The notes beneath the pieces were generated by a model. That model did not search any database. It saw only the letters and a list, made by a program, of their open reading frames with translations, and was not told the origin of the DNA. DNA of 64,000 nucleotides from Squalus acanthias (lineage: Eukaryota), in assembly GCA_030390025.1 (NCBI GenBank), contig CM059430.1, positions 73,842,001 to 73,906,000 of the forward strand, given 5' to 3'. Positions 50,165 through 63,747 of this stretch are shown here, one piece after another. Every line of letters starts with the position of its first letter. Position 1 is the first letter of the stretch. Made by a program: the position numbers and the translations under genes.

Positions 50165-53100
50165 CAACCACGTTTGCAGTAAGTGCCTGCATCTTGAGGA
50201 ACTTCAGCTCAGAGTTTTTCAGCTGAGGTCTGAGGTGCAGTCATTGCGGGGCATCAGGAATGGAGTGAGTTATCTGGACACTTTGATCCAGGAGGAAGTC
50301 ACAGCCCTTAGGTTAGGTAGTGGTACAGGTCTGGTTAGTGGTCAGGGACAGAAGGATGTGACTGCAACTCAGGCAGGTAAGTGGACCCCAGGTGCAATGC
50401 TGGAAGAGCCTCAGCGTGTCCAACAGCTATGTGGTTATTGCTGCCTGTGTGGTTGAGGGAAAACCCCGCAGGATGGATCAGCAAGTTGACCATGGCACCA
50501 TGCTGCAGGAGGCTATTCAAGTGGGAGAGTGAAAGGGAATGTAGTTGTGGTACGGGTCAGTATTGTCAAGTGGATAGATACTGTTCGCTGCAGCCGTGAC
50601 CGAGAGTTCTGAATGTGTTGCATGACCGATGCCAGGGTTAAAGACATCTGCTTGAGGCTTAAGAAGCACTTGGAGTGGGAGGGGAGGAGCTAGTTGTCGT
50701 GGTCCACGAAGGACCAACGACATAGGTAGAACTAGAAATGGGGTTCTGCTGAGGGGTCTTGAGGAGCTAGGATCAAAATTAAAAAGCAAAACCTCAAAGG
50801 TAAAAATCTGTGGATTGTTATCTGAACCACGCACAAATTGGCATAGGGACAAATAGATTAGAGGTTTAAATGCGTGGCCCAAAAAGTGGTGTGGGAGGAA
50901 GAGGATTCAGTTCATGGGGCATTGGAACCAGCACTGGGGAAAGAGGGATGTTCCGTTGGGACGGGACCAGGATCCTGGCGAACCGAATAACTAGTGCAAT
51001 AGACAGGGCCTTAAACTAATGAATGGGGGTGTGGAGGGGTGGGAGGACTCAGGAACGAATCAATTTAAAAGCAGCGAGAGAAATGTCAAAGCTCTAGAGC
51101 AGAATAGTGTTTTGTGTTAAAATGAGCAGATTGCGTCAGGAAGGGACAGAGAGAGTAACAAAGATAATAAGGCATCAGTGACTAAGGTGACATCAGGGAA
51201 AATAGATAAGTCAAATCTAAAGGCACTATATCTGAACGCGAAGCATTCACAACAAAAGAGATGAAAAATAGTGCAGATAGAAATGAACATGGTTCATCTA
51301 ATAGCCATAATTGAGACGTGGTTGCAAAGTGGACAATGTTGGGAAAAAAATATTCCAGGATACTTAACTTTTTGAAGAGATAGGTAAAATGGAAAAGTGT
51401 AGCCCTGATAATATAGGATGGGATAAAAGCAGCAGAGAGAAAGGATCTTATCTCCGAAAATCAAGAAGTAGAATCAGTTGAGGTGGAGCTAACAAACATT
51501 GGTGCGAGTTATTTTCGGCTACCAATCAAATGTTGTAATGTAGGGCAGTGTATAAATCAGAAAATTAGAGGCGCATGTCACAAGGGTAATACAACGATCA
51601 TGGGGGACCTTAATCAACATATCAACAGGGCAAACCAAATTTGCAGTAATATTGTGGACGACGAACTAATGGAAAGTATGGCAAATAGTTTTCCAGATCA
51701 GTATATTGAGGAACCAACAAGGGAACAGGCTATTTTAGATGTAATATTGTGCAATGAGAAAGGGTTCATTAATAACCTTGTAGTAATGGGTCATTTTGGT
51801 AAGAGTGACCATAAAATGAGAGAATTTTACACTGAGTTGAAAGTGATTTCGTTAAATCCGAAACTAGGCTTTAAAATCTAATTAAAGCAAACTATGTAGG
51901 TATTAGGGGCGAGTTGGCAATGGTAAATTGGGAAACTTGAAAAAGGTATGATGGTAGACCAAGCAATGGTTAGCATTTAAAGCATTAATCCATCATTTAC
52001 GGCAAATATACCTTCCTTTAAGGCACAAAAGCCCCACAGGAAAAGTGGTACAACCGTGTCTAACATAAGAAGTTAAAGATAGTATTACATCAAAGGAAGA
52101 GCCTTTCAATGTTGCCAAAAAGAGTAGTAAGCCTGAAGATTGGGAGGATTTTAGAATTCAGCAAAGGAAGACCAAGACATTGATGAAGAAAGGGAAAATA
52201 GAATTTGAGGGTAAAATGCTGAGAGACGTAAAAACAGACTGTAAAAGCTTCTATAGGTATGTGAAAAGGTATAGATCAGCGGAAGTAAATGTGGGTCCCT
52301 TACAGGCTGAGACAGGAGAAATTATATTGGAGAATAAGGAAATGGCAGACAAATTAAACAAATAGCTTGTGTCCGTTATCATGGAAGAAGATGCAAAAAT
52401 CTTCCCGGAAATCGTGGAAAACCAAGTCTCCAGCGAGAATGTTGAACTGAAAGATATTATATATTAGTAAAACAATACTACTGGAGAAAGTAACGTGACT
52501 GAAAGCAGATAAATCCTCTGGACTTGATGGCCTGCATCCTAGGGATTTGAAGAGGTGGCTACAGATATATTTGAGGCATTGGTTGTTATTTTCCAAAATA
52601 CTATAGATTCCAGAAGGATTCCCACGGATTGAAAAGCAACAAATGTAATCACACTATTTAAGAAAGGAGGGAGATGGAAAACAGGGAAATACAGAGCAGT
52701 TAACCTGACATCATTAGTAGGGAATTTGCTGGAAACTATTAGTAAGGACGTGGTAACAGGGCACTTCGAAAAAATATTAGGATTGGGCAGAGTCAATACG
52801 GATTTATGAAAGGGAAATCAAAATAGACGAATCTGTTAGTTATGTTTGATGTTTTCACGACCAGAAAAGATAAGGGGGTACATGTATTTGTGGTGCATTT
52901 GGATTTTCAGAAGGTATTCGATAAGGTGCCACACAAGAGGTTATTAAACAATATTAGCCCTCATGGGATTGTGGGTAATATATTAGCAAGGTTTGAGGAT
53001 TTTTTAACGGTTTGAAAACAGAGAGTAGAAATAAACTGTTCATTTCGGGTTGGCAGTCTATAACTATTAGGGCATCGTAAGGATCAGTGCTTGGGCCTCA

Positions 53101-54599
53101 GCTATTCACAATCTACATCATTGTTTTGGATGAGAGGACCAAATGTAATGAATCCAAGTTCGCTGATGATACAAAGCTGGGTGCGAATGTAACTTGTGAG
53201 GAGAATGCAAGGAAGCTTCAAGGGGATAGAGACAAGTTAAGTGAGTGGGCCGGAACATGGCAAATGGAATATAACGTGGAGAAATGTGAAATTATCCACT
53301 TTGGTAGGAAAAATAGAAAAGCAGAGTATTTTCTAAATAGTGAGAGAAAAGGAAATGTTGGTGTTCAGAGGGATCTGTGTCACCTTGTACACGAATCACT
53401 GAAAGTTAACATGCTGGTACATAAAGCAATTGGGAAAGCAAATGGTATGTTGGCCTTTATTTCAAGAGGATTTCAGTATAAGAGTAAAGACGCCTTACTG
53501 CAATTATATAGCGCCCTGATGAGACCACACCTGAAGTATTGTGTTGAGTTTTGGTCTCATTACCTAAGGAAGGATTTACTTGCCATACAGGGAGTGCAAC
53601 GAAGGTTCACCAGTCCGATTCCTGGGATGGGATATTGTCCTATGATAAGAGATTGTGTACAATGGGACTATATTCTCTAGAATTTTGAAGAATGTGAGGG
53701 GATCTCATTTAAAAATACAGCATTCTTACACGGCCTGACATGGTAGATGCAGGGAGGATGATTCCCCTGGCTGGGGTGTCCAGATCCAGGGGTCACAGTC
53801 TCAGAATAAGGGGTTGGCCATTTAGGAGTAAGATGAGGAGAAATGTCTTCACTCAGAGACAGGTGATGCTTTGGAATTCTCTACCCCAGAGGGCTGTGTA
53901 GGCTCAGTCGATAAATATATTCAAGACAGAGATCGATAGATTTTTGAATATTAATGAAATGAATGGATATGGGGATAGTGCAGGAATTGGAGATGAGGTA
54001 GATGATCAGCCACGATCATAATGAATGGAGCATCTGGCTCGAGGGGCCGAATGGCCTACTCCTGCTTCTGTTTCTTATGTTCTTATGTTATTATGTAAGA
54101 AGCCTTGGCGTTTTGCTGCATGCATCTTGTAGATGGTGCATACTGCAGCCGCAGTACGCTGGTGGTGGAGGGAGTGAATGTTTAAGTTGGTGGATGTGCT
54201 AACATTCAAACAGAAGATTTGTCCTAGATGGTATCGAGCTTCTTGAGTGTTGTTAGAGATGCACTACCAACAACTTGGGAGCTCCATGGACCACAGAATA
54301 AAATGGACAGACCACATAAATAATGTGGTTACAAGAGCAGGTCAGAGTCTGAGTATTCTGCAGTGAGTAACTCACTACCGCAATCCCCAAAGCCTTTGCA
54401 CCATCTACGTAGGATTACACAGGATATATGGCACAGAAACAGGCCATTGGTCCCAAACAGTCCATCGTGGTATTCTTAAATTGATGGCCTCTTGTTATGC
54501 ACTTCCACACAAGTGGAAACACTCTCATGTATCTACTCTATCAAAACCTCAGATAAGTATAGAGTATTCCATCGTACTTCTAATAAATGCCTTGTGGAT

Positions 54600-55007
54600 C
54601 TCTTTTTCTCTTGAAAAGAGAAGGCTAAGAGTTGACCAAGTACAAGCCTTTAAAATATTGAAAGGTTTTGATAGAGTAGATACAGGGAGAGTGTTTTCAC
54701 TTGTGTGGAAGAGCATGACTGGAGGCCATCAATATCAGATAGCCACCAAGAGATCAAATAGGGAATTCAGCAGAAACTTCTTTACGCAGAGGTTCGTGAG
54801 AATGTGTAACTCGCTACACGGAGGGAGCAGTTGAGGCAAATTGTATAAATGCATTAAAGTGGAGGCTAGATAAGCATATGAAGGAGAAGCGAATAGAGGG
54901 TTACGCTGATAAAGTTGAATGAGGAAAGACGGGAGCAGGCTCGAGTGGAGCATGGACTGGTTGGGCCGACTAGCCTGATTCTGGGCCATATATCCTCTGT
55001 AATCCTA
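54600..55007 (+). mobile_element. CR1 3' fragment with TSD tgt(g/a)gat
   Basis: FSLEKRRLR and RNFFTQR motifs; tail tgtaatcctatgta. Confidence 0.75.
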
Positions 55008-55034
55008 TGTAGATGTTGGAAAGGCTTTGGGGAT

Positions 55035-55814
55035 TGTAAGAAATAGCTGTTAGATTCAAAGATGGGTTTTAATTCTTAGAACAGAGACTGACAACATGCA
55101 GCCGGGAACAGATAGCAGAAATACCAGCAAGGTCGAATATCAAGCATCAAAAGACAAATAGAAAGTGATAAGGGAATCGTAAAATGGAAAACAACGCAGG
55201 GCGGGGGTAATAGACACAAATTGAGCCGAAAAGTCATAAAATATCCTTAAAGAAACATAACACAACATTCCTCAGAAAGATAACAGGAAGGCATTGTCAA
55301 ACAGGCAGAAAGGGACGGCGATGGATTCCTTCCCGCTTCACAATTGGACAACAGGATGGGGGATTAAAATTGATTGACACCAGGTGATTATCAGCCCACC
55401 GAAATAACTATAAATATAGACCACTGAGAGAGAAAATCAGGTAGTAAGGGGCGAAGGCTTCTCCGAGGTGGCTACGGCCTAACACCTTGGTCAAGTATAG
55501 CCTCTGAGGTGGCTGATGGCCTAACACCTCCAACAGCTTGAGAGATGACCCAACGGAAGCGACCGCTGCAGCAGAATGCAGGAATCCACCAAATCCGAGA
55601 CCACTGTACTGCCTCCCCATCCGTCCGGTCGAGTCATTCCGATTCGGGAGTCGTAGATCGCTCCTACTGTCACGGGTTGTATGTCCATTATACTCGGCTT
55701 AAACCATATGTAATACCTGATTATTCTTTAATTCTGCAGCTCTTTAATAAAAGCCTTACAACTTATAAAACCCTTTTGGGTAATCTGTGTGTAGCCTGTG
55801 ATCCGGAACTTACA
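55035..55814 (+). mobile_element. Solo LTR (780 bp)
   Basis: TGTAAG...CTTACA termini; 4-bp TSD ggat/ggag; TATA-like tataaata at ~55409; AATAAA at ~55746; internal duplicated gaggtggct..ggcctaacacct motif. Confidence 0.8.
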
Positions 55815-56879
55815 GGAGTGCGGAGTTCAGTTACTCACTGCAGAATACTCATCCTCTGACATGCTCTTGTAGCCACAGTATTTATGTTCTTTGTCCATTT
55901 ATGTTTGTGTTCCATGGAGCTCCCAAGTTGTTGGTAGTGGGGGATGCGCCCGTGGTAATGCCATTGAATGTCAAGGGGAGGCGTTTACGCTTTTTCTTGT
56001 TGGAGATGCTCATTATCTGGCAGTTGTGTGTCGCGAATGTTACTTGCCACTTATCAGCCCAAGCCTGAATGTTGTCCAGGTCTTGCTGTATGCGGACACG
56101 CACTGCTTCATTTTCTGAGGTGTTGCGAATGGAACTCCACACTGTGCAATCGTCAGCAAACATTCCCACTCCTGACCTCATGTTTGCGGGAAGGTTATTG
56201 ATGAAGCAGCTGAATATGGGTGGGCCTTGGACACTGTCATGAGCAACTGCATCAGCGATGTCCTGAGGATGAGATGTTTGGCCCCAAACAATAACAACGA
56301 TCTACCTCTCTGCTAGCTATGATTCCAAAAAGTAGAGAGCTTTTCCGTGGTCCCATTGGTTTTTATTTTACTAGGTCTCTTTGAAGCCTCACTCGGTCAA
56401 ATGGTGCCTTGATGTCAAGTGTTGTCACTCTCAACTCACCTGTGCAATTCAACTCTTTTGCCCATGTTTGGTCCAAGGCTGTAATGAGGTCTGGAGCTGA
56501 GTGGACCTGGCGGATCACAAACTGAGCTGTGGTAAGCAGGTTATTGATGAATAAGTGTCGCTTGACAGTACTTTCTATGACAAATCCCATCAATTTGCTA
56601 ATGATTGAGAGTAGGCTGATGGGTCAGTCATTGGTTGATTGGATTTGTCCTGCTTTATGTGGAAAGGACATACCTGGTAATTTTAAACGTTATTGTTTAG
56701 ATACCTGTGTTGCTACTGTATGCAACAGCTTGGCTAGAGACATGGCTATTTATGGAGCACAAGTCTTCAGCACTACAGCCGAGATGTTGTCAGCGCCCGC
56801 TGATGTAGCTTCCACCAATAGCTAAAAGCTCCTTACCTGTCTCTGCAACGGCCAAGCCTGCGAGGCTTAATCATTTTTT

Positions 56880-58130
56880 GTATACTTTCCTGTAATGTAG
56901 GCATCGCTACCAAGGCCAGCAATTATTGCCCATTCGTAATTACCCTTGAGAATGTGATGCTTTGATGCCACCTGAATCCGCTGCAGTCCGTGTGCTGAAG
57001 GTACTCCCAGAATGGTTTTAGTGAGGGAGTTCCTGGATTTTTATACAACGACGAAGAAGAATGGCGTTATATTACCAAGTCATGATGGTGTGTGAGTTGA
57101 AGGGGAAATTGCAGGTTATGCTGTTCCCATGCGCCTGCTGCCCTTATCTTTCCAGTGCTTGAGGTAGAGGGTTTGGGAGCTGCTGCCGAAGAAGCCATGT
57201 CGAGTTGCTGCAGTGCATCTTGTAGATTGTACGCACTGGAGCCACGGTGCGCCAGTGGTGCAGGGAGTGAATTTTTAAGGTTTTGAGTGGAGTGCCAATG
57301 AAGCGGGATGCTTTAACCTGGATGGTGTCGAGCTTCTTGAGTGCTGTTGTAGCTGCAGTCCTCCAGACAAGTGGAGAGTATGCATCACACTCCTGACTTT
57401 TGCCTTGTAGATAGTGGAAAGGCTCTGGGGAGTCACGAGGTGAGACATTCGCCGCAGAATACCCAGCCCCTGACCTGCTCTTGAAGCCACAATATTTAAG
57501 TGGCTGTTACATTAAATTTTCTGGTCAATGATGACCCCCAGGATATTGATGATGGGGTTTTCAGTCAAGGTAAGTCCGTTGAATGTTAAAGGGCGGTGGT
57601 TAGACTCTCGCTTCTTGGATGTAGTCATTGCCTGGTACTTTTGTGGCGCTAATGTTACTTACACATATCAAACCAATCCTAAATATCATCCAGTTCTTGA
57701 TGCATTTGGGCATGGACTGCTTCATTATCTGAGGAGTTCCGAATGGAACTGTACTTTGTGCAATCATCAGCCCACATCACCACTTCTGACGTTATGATGG
57801 AGGGAAGGTCATTGATGAAGCAGCTGAAGATGTTTGGGCCTTGGACACTGCCCAGAGGAACTCCTGCAGCGATGACCTGGGCTGAGATGATTGATCTCCA
57901 AAAACTATAACCATCTTCCTTTTTGCTAGGTATGACATCACACAGTGGAGAGTTTTTCCACTGATCCCCATTGACTTAAGTTTTACTAGGGCTCCTTGAT
58001 GCCACACTCGGTCAAATGCTGCCTTGATGTCAAGGTCAGTCACTCTCACCTCACCTCTGGAACTCAGCTATTTTGTCCATGTTTTAACCAAGACTGCAAT
58101 GAGCTCTGGAGCCGAGTTGACCTGACGGAA
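56880..58130 (-). mobile_element. Family B LINE 3' portion
   Basis: DLDIKAAFDRVWHQG and STIYKAKVRSVM motifs. Confidence 0.85.
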
Positions 58131-59329
58131 CCATAAGTCATTAAAGTTGGGGAAATTTGGTAAGCTAAGTGACATATGGATAAGTAGCTGGATAGATAAG
58201 TGATCGGTCCTGCTCGTTCATCAGCATCAGTGATAGGAAAACACAGTCGATGCCGTCACTGACTATCTGGAAAACTTTCTCAAGGATCGAAATCTAACAA
58301 AATTAAAATGATGTCAGCTATCATTCTGTGTTTACCCTTCGCGCTACCGCACCTGCACTGTCAGAAACCGTAATTCAGGAAAATATCTGACGGAAAACAC
58401 AATCTAAAGGTCAAAAACAGAAGTTTGAACATTTATGGAAACAGAATGCACAGAAAAGCAATGATAGTAGAAAACAAGCAGGGGAAGTTATCTGCTCGGA
58501 AGCTTTACATTTATCCGCCTTCAAAATGAAAATTTGGTGGTAAAGTATCAGGGAACAGCGTTAGAGGAAGATAATGAAGAATTGAAATGAACATATGATC
58601 AAGACTGTCCGCTTTCTTAAGATATCTGATCCCAACACCAATCCCGAGACAACGGCTTCAGGAGATCACCACCAAAGGAAGAACGAAAGTGGTACTACTA
58701 TGATTCACTAACATACATTGCCGTCCGGTCTCCCACCATCACAAATTCAAAGTTATCACGTTTGTGTTCAAATTTCTTCCTGTCTCTGTAACCGTCTCCA
58801 GCTCGGCAAACGTCCGAGAACGCTGTTAGACCAACACTGGAATAACCTGCCATAACCTCTCCGCCTGTCCACCTCACTCTACTCCTTTGGAACCCATCTT
58901 CAGAGCAAACATGTTTGACCAAGATTTCCGTCACCTCTCCACATCTCTCCTTTGCTTCAGTGTCGATTTTTATCCGAGTACGTTTCTGTGAAGCGAGTTG
59001 GATCATTTTCCTAAGTTAAAGGCGTTATATGATTGCAAGTTGTAGTTGCGCAGTTAGCTTTGCACTTGAATTGCCGGATATGTGGACTTTTCATGAAAAT
59101 ATGTGTGGGAAAGTATGAGCAGAGGATTGGAAGCTGCCTCTGGTGCAGTTTCAGATGCTTCATTCATAAGCGATGTTTGATTCCCATTGCAAAATATGTT
59201 TTCCCTATTTTGCGAAGGTATCACCCATTGTAGTGTCAGAAGCCGTGGTATAAATTCTCCAAAAGTAATTTGTAACAGAAAAAGGCAGCAAAACCTAAAC
59301 AAACTATTCAGAATGTTGCTAGAAATGTT

Positions 59330-60020
59330 TTTATAGGAACAGAGGAAAATAGAAACATTAGTTGTCCAATCAAACAGTTTCATGAATTCAATTAAATCAT
59401 GGCTGATCTTTATGACAACACATTTATCCGCTTTGGATGCACATCCTTGAATACCGTTACCTAACAAAAAAATCGATCAATCTCAGTTTTGATATTTTCA
59501 GTTGACCTAACCTCAACAACTTTTGGAGTGAGAAAGTTCCTGATTTCCACTAACCTTTGTGTGAAAAAATGTTTGCTGACTTCACTCCTGAACCGCCAAT
59601 GTCTAATTTTAAGTTTATTCCCCCCTGTTCGACACAACCCCGCCAGAGAAAACAGTTTCTCTCTATCTAGCATGTTGAATATTTTCATCATCTTAAACTG
59701 GGCGCTCCTCAAAATTACAATTTAGAGACAGTGCCGGATTCGAGAGAGGTGGTGGCGAGGTACAGCTGGCTGTCGTCAGTGCGCATGTGGAATATAACGT
59801 GGTGTTTTTGAATGATTTCGTAGAGGGGAAGCATGCAGATTGAGAAAGAGGAAGTTTCAAGGTGATCCTGTGGCTTCAACTGTATAGATAAGAATAGAAC
59901 CAGGCGAGTGCAGTCCCACCCAGATGGAAGCGGAGGAGAGGTGTTGTCTGAGGATGGTGTGGCCAAAAGTGTCAAGGGCTGCAGAAAGGTCGAGTGGACG
60001 AGAATGGATAATTTAGGCAA
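59330..60020 (-). mobile_element. CR1 3' fragment followed by an L2 RT relic
   Basis: KHFFTQRLV motif (CR1); ICMLPLYEIIQKHHVIFHMRTDDSQLYL (L2-like). Confidence 0.65.
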
Positions 60021-60334
60021 AATGTTCTTTACAGTTAGAATTGTCGTTTGTTTCAAGGGCTACAAAATGAGACAATAACCACGAAAATAAAGGAAGATTG
60101 TACTGAGCCTAAAAGCAAAGATTAGGGGTCACAAGAAATTGTCTGCTCTGGATATGTCCGGGTTAACCCTATGATTGGGTAGAATGGGGGAGTATTGGAG
60201 AAAACATGATTGGATGACGTTTCTCTCAGATCTGCTTTTTTCGGTATAAGCAAGCGAATTTGCGCCTCTCTCAGGGTAAAGGATTGAACTGAGGGACCAG
60301 GGTCGAAAGCCGAGGTTGTCTGGAACAAAGTCAC

Positions 60335-61089
60335 ATTGGGCCAGAAATTCGGGTCTCCACGCGCTGTGTACTCACCCATAGACCCAACAAATGTTCCGGT
60401 TTCGCGCATGCACTGAGCATGCGCTGGAAACTGGAACTTCCGTTCCCTCGAAGGAAGGGGTTCCGAGATCAAACGCGTGCGCTGGAGAGGCAGCGTGTGG
60501 GGATCGAATTTCTGCTTTTTACCCGCGCAGCTGCCAGGGGCTGACCCTCACGGAGAAACCCGAATAAAGCGGAAATTCCTGCTTTTAACAAGGTAAGTGG
60601 TGAATTAAGCAAAATTTAAACATTTTTTGCGCAGGTTTATCTTTTCTAAATACTTTAAAGAAAGGTAAGTTTATTTTTATCCCCGTTAAAAACTGTAATT
60701 AACTTTTTCATAAATTTAAATTTTTGTATAAAATAGTTAATTTATGTAACTTATAGTTATTTAAAAAATGTGATGTGTTCTTTTAAATTTATTTGAAGTT
60801 TTAGTTAGCTTTTGGGATCGATCTCTATTCATAGATTTGGCAGGTCTTCCTGTCAAATGTATGAATGGAGATTCCCTGCTCGGATTGGCTCTCCATGGCA
60901 CACGTGATCCCTGGGTCGCTTCGAAATAACTGCGCCCCTGGGATACGCAAGAACTGCACATGGGCAGCTGGAGAAGGCCCAGGATCGGAATCCCACGCGG
61001 GCCCACAGCACAACGGCAGGCGCGCTAGTAAAGAGCAGGTCGGGGGCTATCACCCGCGGGAAGCCACCGACCCGAATTTCTGGCCCAAT
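60335..61089 (-). mobile_element. MITE family copy with a perfect 21-bp terminal inverted repeat
   Basis: attgggccagaaattcgggtc (60335-60355) / gacccgaatttctggcccaat (61069-61089). Confidence 0.8.
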
Positions 61090-62204
61090 TGTCTCCCCAA
61101 GGGACGACGGTGTAATTTAATTCTGAACGGTGTCTTGTACACTCGTTCTTAAGTACTGCAATATATTGATTCTTGCTTGTTCCTAAATAATAGTCCGTAC
61201 CGTTATCAATATAGTGCCAGTTTCAAACAATTGAACAGGCAGTCCAAATGGACTACAGATCAGCGACCATGGCAGGACGCTGATTAACGGTTATTTGCAT
61301 ATTTTGTTGTCAGTAGGAAATTAGGACCGACGAGGCTGATCACCTCGTCGATGAAGGAAGGATACTTTCGCGGAGCATAGTGCACGTGATGCTCCATTAA
61401 AACTGACAAACTCAACCAATGTAGAGAAAGCCCGAGGTAAGATGTTTGAGTAGTTAAGCATGACAGAATTAGGTTCATTTTTGAACAGTCCAGAAGTGAA
61501 CCTGTGTCTCAAAGCGACAGATTGGATCCAGAGACAAGCCAGTCTGGGAAAAATCAAATCAGACAAGGGCTGGCATTTTCAGTTTGCGTGAAAGTTTGTG
61601 TGAATGTATGGAATTTTCCTGAAATACGAATGTTTCATAAGTTAACGCATTGCTTTTGTTTGAAAGTCTGTCTTTAAAAAAGTGTCGGTTTGAAGTATGC
61701 TTTTATTGTCAGCGCCACCCTCTTCTGTTCACAGATCTAAAAGCAGTTTAACCCTTTGTAGACCTGTCTTTGACGTTGGAAGTATTTAAAAATTTTAATC
61801 AATGTCATTTCCACAAACGAATGTTGTTTTATGTTTGTTAATTTTTTTCACTCTCTATATATACACATATGTATTATTTTGGGATATTTTTCATCATGTT
61901 TTAGGTTTCGAGCTAATTGAAACAGTGCGAATATTTCTTGGTCTCGCGAGCTGGGACTGCCCCATAAAATGTGGCGCTTTCCACGTTCATAGTCAATACA
62001 GGGCTCAGTGTTTCTAAGCAACATGAAAGGGTGAATATGGTGGTCGAGTATATTCATTTCAATTTAAGATTGCGCACCCAGAATTGGGGGAAACGTTGAA
62101 TTACATTTTACGTTAAAGACAATTTTTACTAAAGCTCAGCTGTGCGACTGTGAAAAGCAGAAGTGTGAGTTTTATAAAAGGTAAGCTTCTGCCTTGCATT
62201 TACA

Positions 62205-63745
62205 GTTACATAGGATTACCTAGGATATACAGCACCGAAACAGGCCATTCGTCCCAACCTATCCATGCTGGTGTTTCTGCTCCAATCGAGCTATTCGCTT
62301 CAACCACTCCCTGTAGAAATGACTTCCAAATTCTCAACACTCTCTGTGTAAAGATTTTTCTTCTGAATTTCCTACTTGATTTCTTGCTGACTATCGTATA
62401 TTGATGGCGTATATATTTTTGCGCTTCCCTACAAGTGCAAACACTCTCTCTGTCTCTACTCTATCAAAAACTTTCATGATATTAAGGAGCTCTATTAGGT
62501 CAACACAAAAGAGATCCCGCCTGTTCATCCTTGTAAATCTTCTTTGCAACCTCTCCAGTGCCTCTATATTATTTTTATTATATGGCGACCAGAATTGTAC
62601 GCAGTATTCCAAGTATTATCTAGCCAAGGTTCGATACAAGCTTAGCATAACTTCGCTTCTTTTCAATTCTACGCCTCTATCAATAATACCTAGTTTTTGA
62701 TTTGCTTCTTTGTGGCCTTGTTACTTTTAGTGATTTGTGTATTTGAACTCCGAGATCCATTTTCTCCTCTATCCCATTTAAATTCTTATTTTACAAGTAA
62801 TATCTTACCTCCCACTTTTTCTCCCCAAAATGCAATAACTCACATTTAGCTGTGTTGCATTTAATTTACCAATTATATGCCTATTCTGCAGGATTATTAA
62901 TGTATTCTTGTAATTTGTTGACTTACTCCTCAGTATTTACTATCTCCCCCAATTTGGTGTCATCCGCAAATTTAGAGATTATGTTTTGATTCCAAAATCG
63001 AAATCGTTAATATAAGTTGTGAAAAACAGTCGTCCCAGCAGTGATCCTTGTGGAACACCACTTCCTACCTTCTGCCACTCTCAATAGCAAACCTTTATCC
63101 CTACTCTTTGCTTTCTGTCTTGAAGCCAGATATCTCTCCATTCTGCTACTTGCCCCATGACTCCGCATTCCCTGACCTTATTCATTACTCTATTATATGG
63201 TAACTTATCGAAGGCCTTTTGAAAATCTAGATAAATTACATCTACTACATTAATCTTGTCTACTGTCTCTGTTACCTCTTCGAAAAATTCAATTAGATTG
63301 TTTAAGCAAGACTTTCCCTTTTGAAATCCAAGCTGATTATTTATTATTTTATTTTTTATTGCCGGATGTTCTTCTATTTTCTCCTTTAGCAGGGATTCCA
63401 TTATTTTTCCGAACACCGATATTAAGCTGACTGTTCTATAGATCTCTGAACATGTTCATCTCCCTTCTTACGTATAGGCATTATGTTAGCTATCCGCCAG
63501 TCCTCTGGCAGTACACATTTTTCTAATGAATTACTAAATATGTGCAGCAATGCCTCTGAATCTTTTAGAATGCCGGATGTAATCCGTGTGGACCAGGGGA
63601 TTCATCCTCTTTGAGTTGCATTAGTTTATTTAATATATCTCCTCGTTTTATTTTAAATGCAGTTATCTCATTACTAATTTCATCATCCAATATAATCTCT
63701 ACCTGTTCTATCTCCCTGGTAAATAGTGAAGTAAATGAATTATTT
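62205..63745 (-). mobile_element. CR1 LINE 3' portion
   Basis: IYLDFQKAFDKLP and EYCVQFWSPY motifs. Confidence 0.87.
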
Positions 63746-63747
63746 AA

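Larger units (their letters stand above)
47100..54090 (+). mobile_element. Near full-length decayed CR1 LINE split in ORF1 by a nested CR1
   Basis: ORF1 CxxC...CxxC region is interrupted at 47418 and resumes at 50165; EN and RT remnants at 51200-53700; (ttcttatg)n tail. Confidence 0.85.
54098..56800 (-). mobile_element. Family B LINE, interrupted by an inverted duplication, a CR1 3' fragment and a solo LTR
   Basis: GMFADDC and HSAPDLITAL...LDIKAPFDRV motifs on the minus strand; host sequence is continuous across the inserts. Confidence 0.8.
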
